Source: Gammaproteobacteria bacterium
GTDB lineage: Bacteria; Pseudomonadota; Gammaproteobacteria; GCA-001735895
Direction of reading: 5' to 3'
DNA: 48,263 nt
Assembly: GCA_041569645.1 (NCBI GenBank)
Contig: JBFFXR010000003.1
Span: 1 to 48,263 of the forward strand
The position numbers were made by a program, and so were the translations under genes. The notes beneath the pieces were generated by a model. The model was not told where the DNA came from, made no database searches, and saw only the letters and a list, made by a program, of their open reading frames with translations. This document shows, one piece after another, positions 1-9,224 of this stretch (positions are counted from its first letter, which is position 1; the number at the start of each line of letters is the position of its first letter).

Positions 1-637
1 CTTCAATCCCAAGCCCTGTCCGCTGATCGGCATGACGTCGTCGCCGGGCGACTACAGCATTCCGCGACTCGGGCTCGACCTCGACCTGCGCAGCGACGTG
101 CCGAGCTACCGCGTGTTCGAGCACGGCGAACTCACGCGCGAAGTGCACGACGTCACCGAATTCTGGCGCGACGACCTCGTCGCCTTCGTGCTCGGCTGTT
201 CGTTTTCGTTCGAGGAAGCGCTGCTCGACGACGGCCTCGAAATCCGCAACGTCACCGAGGGCGTCAACGTGCCGATGTACCGCACCGACATCGACTGCGA
301 GAGCGCCGGCCGGTTCAGCGGCAAGATGGTCGTCAGCATGCGGCCGATGATCCCGGGCGATGCGATTCGCGCGATCCAGATCTGCAGCCGTTTTCCGGCG
401 GTGCACGGCGCGCCGGTGCATTTCGGCGACCCGAAAAAGATCGGTATCCGCGACATCAACAAGCCCGAGTTCGGCGACCCGGTGACGATCCGCGCCGACG
501 AGGTGCCGGTATTCTGGGCTTGCGGGGTCACGCCGCAGGTCGCGGTCGAACAGGCTCGGCCGCCGTTTTGCATCACCCACTCGCCCGGCTGCATGCTCGT
601 GACCGACTTGCCCAACAGCCACCTCGCGGTGCTCTAG
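1..637 (+). CDS. DUF1445/YcsI-family putative hydro-lyase (D-glutamate cyclase N-terminal-like domain), 5' partial
   Basis: Frame is open from the window edge ([10 protein letters not shown]...). Motifs [41 protein letters not shown] and ITHSPGCM are typical of UPF0317/DUF1445. Confidence 0.85.
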   Translation, partial: FNPKPCPLIGMTSSPGDYSIPRLGLDLDLRSDVPSYRVFEHGELTREVHDVTEFWRDDLVAFVLGCSFSFEEALLDDGLEIRNVTEGVNVPMYRTDIDCESAGRFSGKMVVSMRPMIPGDAIRAIQICSRFPAVHGAPVHFGDPKKIGIRDINKPEFGDPVTIRADEVPVFWACGVTPQVAVEQARPPFCITHSPGCMLVTDLPNSHLAVL

Positions 638-651
638 GTGGAGGTTAATAC

Positions 652-1383
652 ATGTTGATGCTCAACTGCGATCTCGGCGAATCCTATGGTTCGTGGAAAA
701 TGGGCCGCGACGAGGACGTCATGCCGCACATCGACCAGGCCAACATCGCCTGCGGCTTTCATGGCGGCGACCCGCTGGTCATGCGCAAGACTCTGGCGCT
801 GGCGAAGCAACACGGCGTCATGCCGGGCGCGCACCCGGCTTACCCCGACCTGGTCGGCTTCGGCCGCCGCTCGATGAATTGCTCGGCCGACGAGATCGAA
901 TCTTTCGTGCAATATCAGGTCGCCGCGCTCGACGGGCTGGCGAAAATCCAGGGGCTGGAGCTCGCTTACGTCAAGCCACACGGCGCGCTGTACAACGACA
1001 TGATGGCGAAGGAGAGCGTACGCGCTCCCATCATGCGCGCGATCGCCGGCTACTATCGGCCGATCCCGCTGATGCTGCAGGCGACGCCCGAAATGGAACA
1101 GCACGGAGCCGAGGCCGATGCGCTCGGCATCGAGCTGTGGTTCGAAGCCTTCGCCGACCGCTGCTACGACGACGACGGCAAGCTGCTGTCGCGCACCAAA
1201 CCCGGCGCGGTCCACAGCCGCGACAAAATGCTCGCCCAGGTCGAGCAGATCTGCCGTCAGGGGACGGTCACATCGGTCAGTGGTCATACGCTCGAACTCA
1301 AACCCGACACGCTGTGCGTGCACGGTGACAATGAGGAAGGCATCGCCGCGATCATCGAAATTCGCAACATCATTCACGCCTGA
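652..1383 (+). CDS. pxpA: 5-oxoprolinase subunit PxpA (LamB/YcsF family)
   Basis: LNCDLGES, ANIACGFHGGDP, GAHPAYPD, VKPHGALYN, EAFADR and DTLCVHGDN motifs. GGAGG SD upstream. Confidence 0.92.
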   Translation: MLMLNCDLGESYGSWKMGRDEDVMPHIDQANIACGFHGGDPLVMRKTLALAKQHGVMPGAHPAYPDLVGFGRRSMNCSADEIESFVQYQVAALDGLAKIQGLELAYVKPHGALYNDMMAKESVRAPIMRAIAGYYRPIPLMLQATPEMEQHGAEADALGIELWFEAFADRCYDDDGKLLSRTKPGAVHSRDKMLAQVEQICRQGTVTSVSGHTLELKPDTLCVHGDNEEGIAAIIEIRNIIHA

Positions 1384-1390
1384 GCGGCCC

Positions 1391-2068
1391 ATGCGAATCG
1401 ACGTCGCGGGGCAAAACGCGTTCATCGTCTATTTCGGCGACAAGACCAGCGCCGAGGTGTCGGCGCAAATCCAGGCCGCGGTCGCGCGCATCGAGGCGGA
1501 CATGGCCGACACGCTCGTCGACCTGGTGCCGTCCTACGCGTCGCTGCTGGTCATCTTCGAAATCGATGGCGACGACCATTTCGCGGTCAAACGCCGGCTG
1601 CGTGTGGCGCTCGCCGAACTCGACGCCGGCGCCGCCACCGAGGGCGAGCTCGTCAGGTTACCGGTCTACTATGGTATCGACGCGGGGCCCGACCTCGAGT
1701 CGCTGGCCGAGCGCGCCGGCATCCCGGTCGACGCGGTCATCGATATTCACCAGAGCCAGGAATACCGCGTCTATGCGATAGGCTTCGCGCCGGGGTTCGC
1801 TTACCTCGGCGAGGTTGACGAGCGCATCGCCGCGCCGCGGCTCGAAACACCACGCCAAAAGGTGCCGCGCGGCGCGGTCGCGATTGCCGACCGCCAGACC
1901 GCGGTCTACCCGGCCGAATCGCCGGGCGGCTGGAACCTAATCGGGCGCTGCCCGACGCGTATGTTCGACCCCAGCCGGGAACCGAGCATGCCGGTAAAAG
2001 TTGGCGACCGCGTGCGTTTCGAGGCGATCGGCAAGGATGAATATCTCGATCTCGGGGGCACTTTGTGA
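1391..2068 (+). CDS. pxpB: 5-oxoprolinase subunit PxpB (KipI/AHS1 family)
   Basis: DLVPSYASLL, YAIGFAPGFAYLG, PRLETPR and YPAESPGGWNLIGR motifs. Start set at ATG 1391; the ORF-track extension overlaps pxpA. Confidence 0.9.
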   Translation: MRIDVAGQNAFIVYFGDKTSAEVSAQIQAAVARIEADMADTLVDLVPSYASLLVIFEIDGDDHFAVKRRLRVALAELDAGAATEGELVRLPVYYGIDAGPDLESLAERAGIPVDAVIDIHQSQEYRVYAIGFAPGFAYLGEVDERIAAPRLETPRQKVPRGAVAIADRQTAVYPAESPGGWNLIGRCPTRMFDPSREPSMPVKVGDRVRFEAIGKDEYLDLGGTL

Positions 2069-3000
2069 GCGGCTTTACGGTCCGCCAGCCGGGACTGTTG
2101 AGCCTGCTGCAGGATCGCGGCCGTTACGGCGCGCACGATCTCGGACTGACGACCGGCGGGCCGCTCGACTTTCTCGCTTTCGACTGGGCCAACCGCCTGC
2201 TCGACAACGACGCCAACGCAACCTGCATCGAGGTCGGTTTCGGCGGCCTCGAGCTCGAAGCCAATATCGCGACCGCGTTCGCGATCACCGGCGCGGATGC
2301 GCCGTGCCAGCTCGACGGCAAGCCGATCGAACAGTGGCGAAGCTACAACATCGAATCCGGCGGAAAACTCGAGATCGGCTTCGCCACCGCCGGCACGCGC
2401 TGCTATCTCGCGGTCGCCGGGGGCTTCACGGTCGCGCCCTCCTTCGGCAGCACGGCGACCGTCGTGCGCGAGAAAATCGGCGGCCTCGACGGCGACAAGC
2501 TCCGCGTTGGCGACGCGCTACCCTGCGCATCGGCGCCGCGCGAACGGCATCAACGGCTCGACGAGACCGAACGGCCGGCGTACCGCAAGAAAGCCCTGCT
2601 GCGGGTCGTTCCGGGCTATCAGCGGGACGCCTTCGATCACGTCCACAGCTGGCGCTTCTACAATACCGAATATCGCGTCACCGACCGCTGCGATCGCATG
2701 GGATTCCGGCTCGAAGGCGAGAGCGTGCATTCGAATCTCGTCGGCATGCTTTCCGAGGGCATCTGCCACGGCGCGATCCAGATCCCGGCCGACGGCCAGC
2801 CGATCGTGCTGCTCAACGACCGCCAGACGATCGGCGGTTACCCCAAGATCGGCGCGGTGATTCCGGCCGACACCGCGCGGCTCGCGCAATTGACCCCCGG
2901 CGCGGGCGTGCGCTTCGAAGCCATCGGCATCGAGCGCGCACATAACATTCACTGTCTCGATCGGGCGCGCTTCGCGCGCACCCGGCTCGAACCCTGCTGA
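2065..3000 (+). CDS. pxpC: 5-oxoprolinase subunit PxpC (KipA/AHS2 family)
   Basis: LQDRGR, ANRLLDN, RCYLAVAGG, DRMGFRL and DRQTIGGYPKIG motifs. GTGA overlap with pxpB. Confidence 0.9.
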   Translation: MSGFTVRQPGLLSLLQDRGRYGAHDLGLTTGGPLDFLAFDWANRLLDNDANATCIEVGFGGLELEANIATAFAITGADAPCQLDGKPIEQWRSYNIESGGKLEIGFATAGTRCYLAVAGGFTVAPSFGSTATVVREKIGGLDGDKLRVGDALPCASAPRERHQRLDETERPAYRKKALLRVVPGYQRDAFDHVHSWRFYNTEYRVTDRCDRMGFRLEGESVHSNLVGMLSEGICHGAIQIPADGQPIVLLNDRQTIGGYPKIGAVIPADTARLAQLTPGAGVRFEAIGIERAHNIHCLDRARFARTRLEPC

Positions 3001-3010
3001 GGCCGCCGGT

Positions 3011-3856
3011 ATGGACGCCGCCGAACTCGCGCTGAGCCGCAAAATCGAGGACTTGCTCGTCGCGCGCAATTTGCGCGGTATGCAATCGCTACAGGCGCAT
3101 CTCGAGCCCGGCTATTGCCTGCGCGCGGCGCGCATTCTCGACGCCTGCCGCGGCAACGTGCTGATCGGCACCGGTTTTCCGGTCGTCGAGACATTCGAAA
3201 CCGACGGCCCGGTCGGCGCGATCGCGCTTTACCGGGTGCTCGAGCAGATCGGCGCGACGCCGACGATCGTCTGCGGCCGGCCGATATCGGCGGCGCTCGC
3301 CGCGCGCTACCGGGTGCATGAGATCCGGGTCGGCGATCACGGCGCGCGCGAGCAGGAGGCCCGCGATGCGCTCGCCCGCTTCAAGCCCGGCGCGATCCTG
3401 TCGATCGAACGCCCGGGCCAGGCTGCCGACGGCGGCTACTACAACATGCGCGGCGAGAGCATCAGCCGCTTCACGGCCTGCTTCGATACCTTCATGACGC
3501 TCTGCGATTGCCCGACGATCGCAATTGGCGACGGTGGCAACGAGATCGGCATGGGCAAGGTCGCCGCGGCGCTGCGCAAGCTCGACATCGTGCCGTCGGT
3601 AACAAGTTGCGACGAGCTGATCGTCGCCGACGTGTCGAACTGGGGTGCCTACGGCCTGATCGCGCTGCTGTCGCGCTGGCGCGGGCGCGATTTTCTCGCC
3701 GAGTTCGAACCGCGCGACGTGCTGCGCTACATTTCCGAACTCGGCAGTGTCGACGGCGTAACCCGCGTCAACGAACTCACCGAAGACAGCCTCGATCCCG
3801 GCGAGGGCGAAGCCGTGATCCTTCAGTTGCGCGAGGCTTGCGGCTTCACTCGATGA
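3011..3856 (+). CDS. DUF4392-family protein (D-glutamate cyclase C-terminal-like domain)
   Basis: IGTGFP, ETDGPVGA, SIERPG, YYNMRG, IGDGGNEIGMG and VSNWGAYG motifs. Confidence 0.8.
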   Translation: MDAAELALSRKIEDLLVARNLRGMQSLQAHLEPGYCLRAARILDACRGNVLIGTGFPVVETFETDGPVGAIALYRVLEQIGATPTIVCGRPISAALAARYRVHEIRVGDHGAREQEARDALARFKPGAILSIERPGQAADGGYYNMRGESISRFTACFDTFMTLCDCPTIAIGDGGNEIGMGKVAAALRKLDIVPSVTSCDELIVADVSNWGAYGLIALLSRWRGRDFLAEFEPRDVLRYISELGSVDGVTRVNELTEDSLDPGEGEAVILQLREACGFTR

Positions 3857-3901
3857 TCTCGGCTCTGATTCGGCGTTCGGCAAATTTCAATACCGGCGCT
3901 A

Positions 3902-3930
3902 TTGAGATATTCTTCCATTCTGCTTAATCT
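3902..3930 (+). promoter_or_regulatory. candidate sigma70 promoter for the D-amino-acid aminotransferase
   Basis: TTGAGA (3902-3907), 17-nt spacer, TAATCT (3925-3930), in an AT-rich gap 40 nt before the ATG. Confidence 0.45.
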
Positions 3931-3970
3931 GCGCGCGATTTGGCCGCATATCCCGGCCGTGGAGAGTTTT

Positions 3971-4828
3971 ATGACGATTGCATATTTGAACGGCGACTAC
4001 CTGCCGCTCGAGGAAGCCCGGATTTCGCCGATGGATCGCGGCTTTCTGTTCGGCGACGGCATTTACGAAATCATACCGTCCTACGGCGGGCGAATGGTCG
4101 GCTTTGTCCCGCACATCGAGCGTATGCAAAACGGCCTCGACGCGGTCGAGATCGGTCTCGGCTGGAACCAGGAGCAGTGGCGCGAGGTCTGCGAAAACCT
4201 GATGGCAAAAAACGGCGGTGGCGCCCTCGGTATCTACCTGCATGTCAGCCGCGGTGCCGACAGCAAACGCAATCATGCCTATCCCGAGGGAATAACACCG
4301 ACCGTTTTCGGCTATGCGTTCGAAATTCCGCCGCCGCCTGTGCCGGATCGCGAACAGATCAAGCCCTTTACCTGTTCGACCGCCCGCGACATGCGCTGGC
4401 ACCGCTGCAATATCAAGTCGACGTCGCTGCTCGGCAACGTACTGCACTACCAGCAGGGTCACACCCAGGGAGACAGCGAGATTCTGCTTTACAACGACAA
4501 CGACGAACTGACCGAATGCGGCGCCTGCAACGCTTACGTCGTCAAGGACGGCGTTGTCGCGACGCCGCCGCTGGATCACCAGATCCTGCCCGGCATCACG
4601 CGCCAGATATTGCTCAAGATCCTGCGCGCCGACGGCAGCATCCCGGTGGAAGAGCGCGTGATCAAGATGGACGAGGTCTGGAATGCCGACGAAATCTGGA
4701 TTTCGAGCTCGAGCAAGGAAGTCGTACCGGTAGTCAAACTCGACGGCAAGCCGGTCGGCGACGGCAATCCCGGCCCGGTCTGGGAAAAGGCCGCCCGCCT
4801 CTACTCCGCCAGCAAGTTCGACTACTGA
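3971..4828 (+). CDS. dat: D-amino-acid (D-alanine) aminotransferase, PLP fold type IV
   Basis: ISPMDRGFLFGDGIYE, YLHVSRG, RNHAYP, RWHRCNIKSTSLL (catalytic Lys) and ILPGITR motifs. GGAG SD before ATG 3971. Confidence 0.8.
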   Translation: MTIAYLNGDYLPLEEARISPMDRGFLFGDGIYEIIPSYGGRMVGFVPHIERMQNGLDAVEIGLGWNQEQWREVCENLMAKNGGGALGIYLHVSRGADSKRNHAYPEGITPTVFGYAFEIPPPPVPDREQIKPFTCSTARDMRWHRCNIKSTSLLGNVLHYQQGHTQGDSEILLYNDNDELTECGACNAYVVKDGVVATPPLDHQILPGITRQILLKILRADGSIPVEERVIKMDEVWNADEIWISSSSKEVVPVVKLDGKPVGDGNPGPVWEKAARLYSASKFDY

Positions 4829-4957
4829 AACCCCGGGATCGGGTTGCCGGGGACGCGTCTCTGTATCGCAGCGCGAAACCCGGACTCGCCCCGCGAATAT
4901 TCCCGCAAAAACCGGATCGGCTCGTTCACGGCTCGCGCGGGTCTTTCCCTGGCTATC

Positions 4958-4966
4958 TGCTATTCT
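4958..4966 (+). promoter_or_regulatory. candidate extended -10 promoter for the pEtN transferase
   Basis: TG-C-TATTCT at 4958-4966, about 90 nt upstream of ATG 5059. Confidence 0.3.
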
Positions 4967-5058
4967 TGAAGCTAGCCTGGCGGCAACGAATTCTCTTGCC
5001 GGATGAAACCGGCCGCCGGGCGTGGCGGTCTCGCCAGGCATAGCAGTCAAGGCTTACG

Positions 5059-6624
5059 ATGAGGTTCCTCAACTCTTCGCTCTACCCGATACTCTGGTTC
5101 CTGCTGTTCATGATTCCGGTCGTGACGACCCTGTCTTCGGTCGACAGCTGGGACATCTCGCCATGGTACCTGGTCGCGGTATCGACCTGGTACATACTGT
5201 TCGCCGCGAGCCTGCTCGGGCGAAATACCTTCGTGCTCGTCACCTTCCCTGTCGTACTGCTCGGTATCGTCGTGGTGGTCGGCGATTTTCACCGCAACGT
5301 GAACGTGCTCGAGCTGATGACCGCATTCGACACCTACTCGACGGCCGAGCTGCTGCAGTCCATCGCGCCTTACCGCTACTGGCTGGTGCTGCTGCTGGCG
5401 GTGCTCATATTTGTTGCGGTCGGCGTGCGAATCAGTTCGGCCACCTACGGCGTTCGCTGGCGCTACCGGATCGCGCTCGCCGCGGTCGGCTTGGTCCTCG
5501 CGCTGTCGCTACCCGCGTCGTCGTGGATTCGCGCCTGGCCGGCTACGGTGCTGTCGGTCGCGTTCGCCCAGCAAGCCGGCGATCAATCGCTGCTCGCCGC
5601 CCTGCTGCCGTTCGCGTCCGTCGATCCACGCGAGGGCAGCCAGCCGTGGGACGCGCGGCGTGAAATCGAGATCGATGTTCCGGAGCTCTACGTCCTGGTC
5701 ATCGGCGAGAGCGTCCGGCCCGAGCGACTGGCCGAATGCGGCGGCCGGCCCGGCGTGCATGCGCTCGCGCCGGAAGCTATCGTTTATTGCGACGTTCTGG
5801 CGGGCTCGAGCAGCACCTACACGTCGGTTCCGCTGCTGATTTCGCGCGATATCCCGGGACTCGATCGACGCATACCGCGTGACGCCTCGTTCATCAGCGC
5901 ATTCAACCGGCTGGGATTTTCGAGCTGGTGGCTGACGACCCAGCAGATTTCGATTGCCTGGCCCGAGGTTCATCATCAACGCAGCAGGAACGGCAAGTAC
6001 GACCGCGACAGGCTGATGCCGCTGGTCGAAGAGGCGCTCGCGTCGGACGCAACGAAAAAGCTGTTGGTGCTGCACGCCTACAATGCCCATTTCAACTATG
6101 CCGACCGCTACCCGCCGGAAGAGGCGGCGTTTCCGGTAACCCTGGATCTGAACAACCGCCTGATCGAGCGCGAGCACCTCGACGAATGGTGGAACGCCTA
6201 CGACAACGCCGTGTCCGAGTCGATGAAATTCCTCGACTCGCTGATCGCACGAATCGATCGCGAGCCCGGCCACGTCTTCCTGCTGTACACCTCGGACCAC
6301 GGCGAGAACATGCTTGACGATGACCGCGATCTGACCGACCACGCGCTCAATTTTCCGACGATCTGGGACACGCGGGTGCCTGCGGTGGTCTGGGCCAACG
6401 CGCGCTGGCGCAACGACAAGGCGGAAAAATTTGCCTATCTGCTTCGCAACCGGGAACGCCCGTTGATGCACCTGGACCTGATACCGACGCTGCTTGGCGC
6501 CGCCGATATCGTCTACCCGGATGCGCGCGAGTTACCGGTCGATCTGACCACGGCGGTGGTTGGCAACCGCACCCGCTTCGTGCAAAAGCGACTCGGTGAA
6601 ATCGTGACCGAGGCCGACCTCTAG
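5059..6624 (+). CDS. phosphoethanolamine transferase (EptA/CptA-like, sulfatase superfamily)
   Basis: About five N-terminal TM segments. VLVIGESVR, catalytic Thr in SSSTYTSVP, LHAYNAH and YTSDHGE motifs. Confidence 0.8.
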   Translation: MRFLNSSLYPILWFLLFMIPVVTTLSSVDSWDISPWYLVAVSTWYILFAASLLGRNTFVLVTFPVVLLGIVVVVGDFHRNVNVLELMTAFDTYSTAELLQSIAPYRYWLVLLLAVLIFVAVGVRISSATYGVRWRYRIALAAVGLVLALSLPASSWIRAWPATVLSVAFAQQAGDQSLLAALLPFASVDPREGSQPWDARREIEIDVPELYVLVIGESVRPERLAECGGRPGVHALAPEAIVYCDVLAGSSSTYTSVPLLISRDIPGLDRRIPRDASFISAFNRLGFSSWWLTTQQISIAWPEVHHQRSRNGKYDRDRLMPLVEEALASDATKKLLVLHAYNAHFNYADRYPPEEAAFPVTLDLNNRLIEREHLDEWWNAYDNAVSESMKFLDSLIARIDREPGHVFLLYTSDHGENMLDDDRDLTDHALNFPTIWDTRVPAVVWANARWRNDKAEKFAYLLRNRERPLMHLDLIPTLLGAADIVYPDARELPVDLTTAVVGNRTRFVQKRLGEIVTEADL

Positions 6625-6646
6625 CCTTCCGCTTGCCTGGCGTGGC

Positions 6647-8896
6647 TCAGAAGTAATCCCATTCCTCGCCCATATTGTTATCGGTGATGACCGACAAGTC
6701 GTGGGTATCCTGCAATATCTCGGCACAGCTTTCTATGTTCTTGCCTTTCGCAGCGAAGCTGTTTTCGTCGAGGTCGGCTTCCCAGGCGAGTATTTCGGCA
6801 AGCCTGGCGGCATCCTTTTCTGCCGACAGATCGAGAACCGGTCGGCCGTCGATTCGGCTGCGTAGCAGATTTTCGCGCCAACGCCGAAAATCGATATCGA
6901 TCGGCCCGAGGCCGACGAGCATGTGATTGAGAAATCGGAAGCCGTGCGGATAGGCAATACAGGCGGTCTTTTGCGCTCGCCGCGATGAAGTCGTGTTGTA
7001 GAAAAAAGTGCCATTCGCGCGCAAGTGTTTTTTCACCAGCTCCATGAATTCAACCGACAGTAGATTGGTCGCATTTGCACGGTCGTGGAAGGTCGTATTC
7101 ATGATGACTGCGTCGAAGGTCTCGGCCGGATGATTGCGCAACCAGCGCCGGCCGTCGTCGATGACGAGCTCGAGCTTGTCGTTCCGTAGAATGGACCGGA
7201 TGCTGGGCTCGTCGTCGACGATTTGCACATAGCCGGGATTGATCTCGACGATGGTCAGATGCTCGACTTCCGGATTGTTCAGCACGACCTTGGCCCAGGA
7301 ACCAGACGCGAGGCCGATCATCAGGACCTTTTTCGGCGCCGGATTGAACAGACTGAGTGCGTAGGCGCGAACGATGATATTGGTGTCGTCGACGAGACTC
7401 GTGTTGAACTTGCCGTCGTAACGGCCGTCGCCCTTGACGGTACCATCGGCCGACACGGTGATGATGCCATTGCGATTCTCGACGATACTGCGGTATGGCG
7501 GTTTAATTCGATGGAAAGACTTGAAGTCCAGCGTATGCAGAACATCGCGCGATAGCGGCTGGTGCGCGACGATGGTTACGAGCAATACCAGCAGCGACAG
7601 CGAAATCCCGGACAGCCTGTAGCGCCGGCTGCCCGGTATCACAGCGAACAGCACGACCGCCGTGAGCATACCGAATGCCACCAGAATTTCGGCGATGTCG
7701 TTGATAGGCACGTGATTCATCAGCACGAAACCGGTCGTCAGGCTGCCGCAGGCCGCGCCGAGAATGTTGACCAGGTAAAGCAGGCCGACGCGCGCGCTGG
7801 TTTCGCGGTTGGCCGCGATGCCCAGATGCGCGAACAGCGGAAAGACGCCACCCCACAGAACCGCGATCGCCAGCACGAAGAACAAGGCTATGCCGAGCAC
7901 GCCCCAGCCCGCCACGCCCAGATGAGCGAGCGCCGGCAAAAACAGGAAACCGCCGAAGCCGGCGATCAGAATCATGATCAGTATCTTGCGTGCCACCGCG
8001 GCGTGATCCCGTTGCTGCCTGAATTCGTTGCTGGCGATATACGAGCCCAGCGCCAGCCCGAGCAGGAATTCGCCGAGCGTCAGCGGGAAGGCCCAGGCCG
8101 CACTGCCAGTGGTGTAGGCGATCACGCGGAAGAACAGGATTTCGTACGACAGCGTTATGCAGCCGCTCAGGAACACGAACAGACACGACAGCGCATAAGG
8201 CATGCAAAAGGCTCGGCCGTCGTCGGAGGGCCCGTCGACCGACGGCGAATCGACGCCGGCCGCGCTTTCCGCGCGAAACAGGTAAATTGCGCCGATGCCG
8301 ACGAGCAGGTTGATCGCGGCCGCGATCAGCATCGTCTCGAACATGCCGCCGAGCGGGAACAACAGCAGGATCGCGAGCAGGCAGGCAACCGCCGCGCCAA
8401 GCGTGTTGACGCAATAGAGCGCACCGACCGAATAGCCGACGTTGCTGTTTTTGCGAATCAGATGATTGATCAGTATGGGCAGACTGGCACCCATCAACAG
8501 GGTCGGGACGATAATCAGGGACAGCGTAAGCACCGCGGTCTGCAACAGCGAGGCCTGTGCGACCAGCGTTTCGACCCAGGAAAAGATTTGCAGCGAGAAA
8601 ACCCCGAACAGCGCGGTTAACATCTCGATGGCAATGAACAGCTGTAGCGGGGAGAACCTCGACCGCGTCGAAATCTTGCCGCCGAGATAACTACCGATTC
8701 CGAGGCCGATCATGAATGCCGTAACGACGACCGTCACGGATTCGATGTTGACGCCGAAGATTCGAAACAGCGCTCGCTGCCAGACGATCTGGTACAGCAG
8801 GGCGGGAATGCCCGAGAAAAAAAACAAAATCCGCAGGTGCAGGGCGTAATTGACGCCGAAGCTGATGCCGGTGGATAGGGTTCTGATACTTTCCAT
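6647..8896 (-). CDS. fused MFS-like membrane domain / spermidine synthase-like SAM-dependent protein
   Basis: Two FxSG-x3-L-x-Y(Q/E)I multi-TM repeats with LYxVNxLGA. C-terminal VLMIGLASGSW, IVEINP and DDGRRW motifs. Confidence 0.8.
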   Translation of the reverse strand: MESIRTLSTGISFGVNYALHLRILFFFSGIPALLYQIVWQRALFRIFGVNIESVTVVVTAFMIGLGIGSYLGGKISTRSRFSPLQLFIAIEMLTALFGVFSLQIFSWVETLVAQASLLQTAVLTLSLIIVPTLLMGASLPILINHLIRKNSNVGYSVGALYCVNTLGAAVACLLAILLLFPLGGMFETMLIAAAINLLVGIGAIYLFRAESAAGVDSPSVDGPSDDGRAFCMPYALSCLFVFLSGCITLSYEILFFRVIAYTTGSAAWAFPLTLGEFLLGLALGSYIASNEFRQQRDHAAVARKILIMILIAGFGGFLFLPALAHLGVAGWGVLGIALFFVLAIAVLWGGVFPLFAHLGIAANRETSARVGLLYLVNILGAACGSLTTGFVLMNHVPINDIAEILVAFGMLTAVVLFAVIPGSRRYRLSGISLSLLVLLVTIVAHQPLSRDVLHTLDFKSFHRIKPPYRSIVENRNGIITVSADGTVKGDGRYDGKFNTSLVDDTNIIVRAYALSLFNPAPKKVLMIGLASGSWAKVVLNNPEVEHLTIVEINPGYVQIVDDEPSIRSILRNDKLELVIDDGRRWLRNHPAETFDAVIMNTTFHDRANATNLLSVEFMELVKKHLRANGTFFYNTTSSRRAQKTACIAYPHGFRFLNHMLVGLGPIDIDFRRWRENLLRSRIDGRPVLDLSAEKDAARLAEILAWEADLDENSFAAKGKNIESCAEILQDTHDLSVITDNNMGEEWDYF

Positions 8897-9224
8897 ACGC
8901 AACTGATTACCACGCGTGTCAGGACCGCGCGGGTTTGGATTGACGGCGAACCAGACTCGCGCCGATTACGGCGATCTCCGATTCGAAACGCGATTTCGAT
9001 CGGGCTGGCCATGAATCCGGCGCCGCGAAACTCAGATTCAGTATAGGCAGAGATACCGATGTCTGCACTGCGCGATAACACGGCTGCGACTCGGCGACGA
9101 TCGCAACCCGACCAGGCTCGGAGGCGCAAGCGGAGAGCGTCGTCCGAAGCGCCTGCGGGAAACGCACGGTAAGGTTTACGTTGCCGTATCTGGCAAGATC
9201 CGGAAATCGCGTATATTGGGCTTC

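Noticed and set aside
4831-4852. Hairpin CCCCGG/CCGGGG after dat as an intrinsic terminator
   Set aside because: It has a 10-nt loop and no U-tract, so support is insufficient.
4975-5040. tRNA call for the cloverleaf-like fold
   Set aside because: No TTCGA T-loop, no D-loop GG, no 7-nt anticodon loop on a 5-bp stem and no CCA. Kept only as a candidate leader structure.
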